NCBI GenBank assembly: GCA_046497275.1
Contig: JAWOFX010000097.1
Location: forward strand, 1 to 32,000
Source: Promethearchaeia archaeon
GTDB taxonomy: Archaea > Asgardarchaeota > Lokiarchaeia > Sigyniarchaeales > SOKP01
DNA length: 32,000 nt
Direction: 5' to 3'
Position numbers and translations under genes: made by a program. Shown piece after piece: positions 27,379-32,000 of this stretch (its first letter is position 1; each line of letters opens with the position of its first letter). A model generated the notes under the pieces. The model had not been told where the DNA came from, made no database searches, and saw only the letters and a list, made by a program, of their open reading frames with translations.

Positions 27379-27747
27379 GTGAATTTATTTATGAAAAATG
27401 TTATTGATAAATCAATTCAATTAGAAAATCTTCAAATATTTTTTAAACTTTTTAAATTACATAAAAGTTATTTAGCTCTTATCTCAGATCAAAAAGCAAT
27501 GGGAATCGGAGATGTCACTTTAGGAACCCCCCCTAAACTCAAGGGGGGTAAATCTGCCTCTTCTTCTTACAATTTATTTGGAATCCGTCAGCAGTTACTC
27601 AGTTCTATTCTTATTAAAAGAATTTCCAAATATTTAGATGCTCCAGTGCTTCTCCTCTTATTTATTAAGAATAAGATTGAGGAGAATGAAATTACAAAAC
27701 CATTAATTAGTTTTGTTAATGAAAATCTGCAAAGTTTAGAAGAATAA
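27379..27747 (+). CDS. PAC3/PAC4-fold (proteasome assembly chaperone 4-like) protein, tentative
   Basis: The pattern IFFKLFKLHKSYLALIS...IGDVTLGT...SYNLFG...SSILIKRISKYLDAPVLLLL parallels PSMG4-type strand/helix order. Recognised by eye only. Confidence 0.5.
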   Translation: MNLFMKNVIDKSIQLENLQIFFKLFKLHKSYLALISDQKAMGIGDVTLGTPPKLKGGKSASSSYNLFGIRQQLLSSILIKRISKYLDAPVLLLLFIKNKIEENEITKPLISFVNENLQSLEE

Positions 27748-27774
27748 AAAATTTTTGAGAAATATTCTAATAGA

Positions 27775-27920
27775 TGCAGAGAGAGGGATATGTTCTCATG
27801 GAAATGTTTTTTCCTTAGATTTGAACCCCCGTACTCCTATGAGAATGGATCTTGAGTCCATCACCGGTGATCATTACTTTAATTTATTAAAGTAAATTGA
27901 CCGGGCTTGGTTATCTCTGC
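27775..27920 (-). tRNA. trnL: tRNA-Leu (CAA at 27854-27852) with two introns: 30 nt at 21/22 (27867-27896) and 31 nt at 58/59 (27790-27820); CCA not encoded
   Basis: Spliced sequence GCAGAGA-TA-ACCAAGCCCGGTCAACGGT-G-ATGGA-CTCAAGA-TCCAT-TCTCATAGGAGTAC-GGGGG-TTCAAAT-CCCTC-TCTCTGC-A forms a full class II cloverleaf. Both inserts fold into hairpins with BHB/BHL junctions. Confidence 0.92.
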
Positions 27921-27942
27921 ATTTGATAAGGTATTATAAATC

Positions 27943-28170
27943 TTATGTAAAAAGAAACATTAGAACAAACATTACTACCATCATACCTACAAGAAAAACA
28001 ATCTGGTATCTACTTTGTTTCTTCTGTTTCTTCTGTTTTTGCAAATAATTATCTTTGCAAGATTGGCCGCAGAATTTTCTATCGGGAGCCATTGCTTTAC
28101 CACATACAGGACAATGTTGATGTGGGCCCCATTTTTTTTGAATCTGATCCTTCCAAGATGAATTTGACAT
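27943..28170 (-). CDS. DUF2116 family Zn-ribbon membrane protein
   Basis: PHQHCPVCGKAM...FC-x-x-x-C followed by a basic stretch and a C-terminal TM helix; located after pyrH. Confidence 0.85.
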   Translation of the reverse strand: MSNSSWKDQIQKKWGPHQHCPVCGKAMAPDRKFCGQSCKDNYLQKQKKQKKQSRYQIVFLVGMMVVMFVLMFLFT

Positions 28171-28246
28171 ACTATTTTTAACTAATTTCTTCTTTTTTCA
28201 ATATATTAAATAATTGTAAATTGTAAAAAAAATTTATTAAAAAGAT

Positions 28247-28957
28247 TTAATCTGAAATGACAGTTCCAATATTTTGGATATTACCTAACCATAATTCTTG
28301 AAATTTTGATAAATCTAATCCTGAGCCAATTTGAACTTTTAAATGACTACGTTTTAATATTTGTAAAGAAACTGCGTCAAATATCCTATATTCACCTGCA
28401 GCTGCTTGATTTATATCGCTTTCTTTAAGAATAATCTCAGATAATTCAGAATAATTTAAATGTTCTAATAATTTTGCATCTTTATGTTTTTTCGGATCCT
28501 TATTATAAATACCATTAACATTAGTTAATATGATTGTTTGTTTTGCTTTAATAAATTCTGCAACTTCTAAAGCAACGGACGTTGTGCTTTGTCCTGGCTG
28601 CAAACCACCCATAATGATTATTTTTTTACTTAATAGAGCAACAGATAATTCATCAATGTTTTTTGGAACCAAAGGATAAGCGAGATCTTTAAAATAAGAA
28701 ATTAGTAATTTTGCATTGATTTGTGAGAAATAAATTCCGACTAGATCAGCTAAAGCTTCATTCTGAGTGTATTTTCTAATGAAATTAAGATATTCTCTTG
28801 CTATAATGCCTCCTCCAACTATAATAATAATTGCATCATAATTCTTATTTTCTTTCACGAGATCACAGAATTCAGTTATTTTTTTAGAATTGATTTGTTT
28901 ATTTTTATCAAATAAAAGAGATCCTCCAATTTTTATTACAATATTTTTATTATTCAT
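28247..28957 (-). CDS. pyrH: Uridylate kinase (archaeal type)
   Basis: VIKIGGS, VGGGIIAREY, GGLQPGQSTTSVA, TNVNGIYNKDPKK, and QAAAGEYRIFDAV. Confidence 0.92.
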   Translation of the reverse strand: MNNKNIVIKIGGSLLFDKNKQINSKKITEFCDLVKENKNYDAIIIIVGGGIIAREYLNFIRKYTQNEALADLVGIYFSQINAKLLISYFKDLAYPLVPKNIDELSVALLSKKIIIMGGLQPGQSTTSVALEVAEFIKAKQTIILTNVNGIYNKDPKKHKDAKLLEHLNYSELSEIILKESDINQAAAGEYRIFDAVSLQILKRSHLKVQIGSGLDLSKFQELWLGNIQNIGTVISD

Positions 28958-29029
28958 AGAGATCCTTAATTTTAAATTGATTTTTCTTTTTATTATAATA
29001 ACTTTATATAATCACACTTATTAAAATAT

Positions 29030-29989
29030 ATGAAAGGTAAAAGTAAGATCGTTGTTAAAGTCCCACATAGAATTACTGGTTTTTTTGAAATTGTGGATTC
29101 TAAAAATGGAATTAAATTAGAAAATCCAGAACAAATAGGATCGAGAGGAGCGGGTTTCACACTTAATGCTATGGGAACTACGACTATTATATTGAATAAA
29201 ATAATCTCATCTGACACTAATATTAAAGAATTTGAGATATATATAAACAGTATTAAAGTAAATGAAGAGGCAGAAACAACAAATTTTATCTTTAATTATT
29301 TTAGGAGATTAGTTAATTATCCATTTAGTGTTAAGATCTTTCATAGATTTGACCTTCCAGTTGGATGTGGATATGGAGCAAGTGGTTCGGGGGCATTAGG
29401 TACTTCATTTGGTCTAAATAAATTACTTGAGCTCAATTTATCTAATTATGAATGTGGTAAAATTGCTCACATAGCCGAAGTCGTTAATAAAACAGGCCTT
29501 GGGACTGTCTGTGGACAACTCGCTGCAGGTCTTGGTATGGTAGCTGAATCAGGATATCCTGGTAAATATCAACATATTCCTTTTCCAAATGGAATTTATG
29601 TCATTTGCACTAGCTTTGGAAAGATATCAACTCCAGATTTCCTATCCAATCAAACACTTCATTCTATCATCAATATACCTGGAAGAGAAGCATTAAGAAA
29701 GCTAAAAAAAAATCCAAATATCAAAAATTTTGCTGAATTATCTTGGGAATTTGTACAAAAAACAGAGATACTAGAGATATTACATTTGAGTAAAATAAGA
29801 GAATTGATTGTTCAATTAAATGAATTAAATATTATTGGAGCTAGTTTGAATCAACTTGGTAAATCTATTTTTGCAATTTGTAGAAAAAGAGATATAAAAG
29901 ATGTTATAACTATTTTTAATAATTACCAAGAAGAAGAAGAGAAGGTATTTAATTTACATATTGAGAAGAAGGGAGTAAAAATAAATTAA
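29030..29989 (+). CDS. Pantoate kinase (GHMP family)
   Basis: VPHRITGFF, GSRGAG, GHMP motif LPVGCGYGASGSG, AHIAEV-x-x-x-TGLGTV and NQLGKSIF. Confidence 0.9.
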   Translation: MKGKSKIVVKVPHRITGFFEIVDSKNGIKLENPEQIGSRGAGFTLNAMGTTTIILNKIISSDTNIKEFEIYINSIKVNEEAETTNFIFNYFRRLVNYPFSVKIFHRFDLPVGCGYGASGSGALGTSFGLNKLLELNLSNYECGKIAHIAEVVNKTGLGTVCGQLAAGLGMVAESGYPGKYQHIPFPNGIYVICTSFGKISTPDFLSNQTLHSIINIPGREALRKLKKNPNIKNFAELSWEFVQKTEILEILHLSKIRELIVQLNELNIIGASLNQLGKSIFAICRKRDIKDVITIFNNYQEEEEKVFNLHIEKKGVKIN

Positions 29990-30017
29990 TCTAGTTTTAA
30001 GAAATCATAGATTTTAA

Positions 30018-30827
30018 TTATTCCTTAGAATTTAAAGCTTTAGATTTCTTTGTTGCTACTTCTACAGCTGTTATTAATGATGCTCTAATTTTATCTGACT
30101 CTAATAGATGAAGTGCAGTGATTGTCGTTCCACCTGGGCTAGCTACTTTATCTTTTAGTGCTGCAGGATGACTTTTAGTCTCAATTAATAATTTAGCGGA
30201 TCCTAAAACAGTTTGAGAAGATAGTTTAAGAGCTACTTCGCGAGGTAATCCCATCTTCACACCTCCGTCTGTCAAAGCTTCAATTATTAAAAAGATATAT
30301 GCGGGTCCACTACCAGATAATCCTGTCACGGCATCTAAATGCCGTTCGTCTAATTCTACCACTAAGCCAACAGAGTCAAATAGTTTGATTACAAATTCCA
30401 TGTTTTCTTGTTTTACATTATTATTTTTCGAAATAGCTGTAGCAGCTTCTCCAATTAGAGCTGCTACATTAGACATTACCCTTATAATCTGATTTTCTTT
30501 GCTGATATATCTATTTAAATGTTTAATTGAAACTCCAGCAGCTATCGAGATAAAAACTTGATCAAGATTCAATACGGATCCCACTTTATCTAAAATCTCA
30601 TCAATAACTTGAGGAAGAACCGCGATAAGAACATATTTTGATTTTTTAACTAGATCAACGTTATCCTCGGCACTTTCTACATTATATTTATTACATGAGC
30701 TTTCTAATACATTTTTATCAATATCATAAATAATAATTTTGTCAGGTCCAATCAAATTTACTGCTGCTTTCAATAGAGTTGAACCTATTTTACCAATTCC
30801 TATTATTCCAAGCTGTTTTTCGTACAT
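30018..30827 (-). CDS. proC: Pyrroline-5-carboxylate reductase
   Basis: IGIGKIG, ISIAAGVS, IRVMSN, DAVTGLSGSGPAYIF and VASPGGTTI. Confidence 0.95.
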   Translation of the reverse strand: MYEKQLGIIGIGKIGSTLLKAAVNLIGPDKIIIYDIDKNVLESSCNKYNVESAEDNVDLVKKSKYVLIAVLPQVIDEILDKVGSVLNLDQVFISIAAGVSIKHLNRYISKENQIIRVMSNVAALIGEAATAISKNNNVKQENMEFVIKLFDSVGLVVELDERHLDAVTGLSGSGPAYIFLIIEALTDGGVKMGLPREVALKLSSQTVLGSAKLLIETKSHPAALKDKVASPGGTTITALHLLESDKIRASLITAVEVATKKSKALNSKE

Positions 30828-30871
30828 ATTATATTTTATCTGATTTAATTAATTTTATAAGAATAGAATGA

Positions 30872-31405
30872 TCAATACAGACCAAATGAATCTAATCGAA
30901 TTATTTGACAATCTCTAACTCCAAAATCATTCCAAAGATTCATTTCAAGAATTATTTTGTTATTTATTTCTCCTTTTTGTCCAAATTTTAAACCAAGAAA
31001 TTCATTATTTAAAAAGAACGTAATCCCTTTTTTATATTTATTAGGTAAGCGAATATAAATAGAAGCATAACCGTTTTCTTTTGAAAGCATAATAAAAGCA
31101 TTTACTAATCTCTTACCGATCCCTTTTTTACGATAATTAGGATTAATATATAATAGATGTAAATATATGTTTGGAATAATTTTCTCTAAAGAATCTACTT
31201 TTTTACTTTTATCCTCGGCTACTAAAAGTCCTGCTAAAATTTCATCATAATATGCAATTAAGACAAAAAATTTCTTATTTAGGAACCTTGATTTAAAATT
31301 ATCTATCAAATCAATAAATTCTTTCGCACATAAATTCAAATCGAAAAAATTCTCTTGTTTAGCAACCTTAATAGTAATTTTATTTAAATTATCTCGCTTT
31401 TGCAT
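30872..31405 (-). CDS. GNAT family N-acetyltransferase
   Basis: Motif A LYINPNYRKKGIGKRLV. Confidence 0.82.
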   Translation of the reverse strand: MQKRDNLNKITIKVAKQENFFDLNLCAKEFIDLIDNFKSRFLNKKFFVLIAYYDEILAGLLVAEDKSKKVDSLEKIIPNIYLHLLYINPNYRKKGIGKRLVNAFIMLSKENGYASIYIRLPNKYKKGITFFLNNEFLGLKFGQKGEINNKIILEMNLWNDFGVRDCQIIRLDSFGLY

Positions 31406-31407
31406 TT

Positions 31408-32000
31408 TTAGTTTAGAGAAAGCTCCTTTTTTAATTTTTTAATGAGATCATATTTAATGGTACCATTCTCTCTATCAAATCCTTCACATACGGCACTTCT
31501 TATACCAATAATATCTGGTTTAATTTTTTTAATTTTATGTATATCAGCAATTTTAATTCTTCCCGCTAATGCAGTTTTCACATTATAATCAGAAGCTAAA
31601 TCTTTAAATTTAACCAAGTCTTCCACCTTTAGAAAATCAAAAAGATTTTTCTCATCTTTGATATATGTATCAAGCATAGCGATATTTGCTCCAGATTCTG
31701 CTGCTATTACGGGAATAGCCAAGAAAGGAAGACCTTCATCCATTCTAGAATAATCTGCATAACCTGCCGCAACGACTATTATTTCTTTGTTACATTTTTT
31801 TACAGATTTTATAACATTTTTCATTAAATAAATGCCCTCTTTTTTATTTCGAGGGCCTTTAAGGCCAACTTTTATAATATCTGCCCCAGAACATGCCGCT
31901 CCGAACGCAGCTAAAGAAGCACTTCCAGGAAGATTTGGGAAGTCGCCAATTGCTGCACTTAAGAGTTGTTTATTGTTTTCTGGTATAAGATTTTTCATTT
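31408..32000 (-). CDS. mfnB: MfnB / DUF556 (4-HFC-P synthase of methanofuran biosynthesis), N-terminus outside the window
   Basis: SAAIGDFPNLPGSASLAA-x-GAA-x-SGADIIKVGL, VAAGYAD, AMLDTYIKD, ALAG and PDIIGIRSAVC. The family's N-terminal segment is missing, so the gene runs off the edge. Confidence 0.88.
   Translation of the reverse strand, partial: MKNLIPENNKQLLSAAIGDFPNLPGSASLAAFGAACSGADIIKVGLKGPRNKKEGIYLMKNVIKSVKKCNKEIIVVAAGYADYSRMDEGLPFLAIPVIAAESGANIAMLDTYIKDEKNLFDFLKVEDLVKFKDLASDYNVKTALAGRIKIADIHKIKKIKPDIIGIRSAVCEGFDRENGTIKYDLIKKLKKELSLN

Noticed and set aside
27790-27896. AT-rich inverted repeats read as terminators or miniature transposon ends
   Set aside because: They are fully explained as tRNA intron hairpins with splice-site geometry, and removing them restores an exact cloverleaf.
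10959-27920. Integrated element bounded by the two tRNA genes
   Set aside because: No integrase, no duplicated tRNA 3' end (att site), and the content between them is core housekeeping genes.
3125-29217. Short antisense ORFs in the track (3125-3340, 3533-3769, 7799-7981, 8018-8233, 10406-10639, 12648-12875, 15889-16071, 16108-16530, 17691-17909, 19444-19632, 20431-20700, 23431-23670, 24258-24449, 28993-29217)
   Set aside because: Each overlaps a longer or well-supported gene on the opposite strand and shows the Ile/Ser/Phe-rich composition typical of reverse-frame artefacts.
1-32000. CRISPR arrays, transposases, toxin-antitoxin or other defence loci
   Set aside because: No regularly spaced direct repeats and no matching protein motifs were seen.

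Overview
AT-rich archaeal chromosomal window, most consistent with an Asgard (Lokiarchaeia-like) genome. That assignment is an inference from a profilin-like gene, an enlarged 23S expansion segment, and archaeal information-processing genes (aRF1, aIF-2beta, TFB, Rpo12, NMD3, Rio1). The window starts inside a minus-strand 23S rRNA gene that has its own structured leader and no adjacent 16S gene. The rest is a dense run of about 33 housekeeping-type CDSs covering CoA, amino-acid and methanofuran biosynthesis, ribosome biogenesis, tRNA modification, FtsZ, a Get3-like ATPase, a site-2 protease and proteasome-chaperone-like proteins. Three features missing from the ORF track were found by reading the sequence: an initiator tRNA-Met with a D-arm intron, a tRNA-Leu(CAA) split by two non-canonical introns (D-loop and T-loop), and a 47-aa RNA polymerase subunit Rpo12 gene. 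The strongest leads are a profilin fused to an extra C-terminal helical domain, the non-canonical tRNA introns, a branched ~110-nt 23S ES9, a PAC4-like protein, a THUMP-less ThiI, and a PLP decarboxylase lacking the usual catalytic Cys next to a glycosyltransferase. No mobile element, CRISPR array or defence system was seen. All calls are by eye, without database searches.
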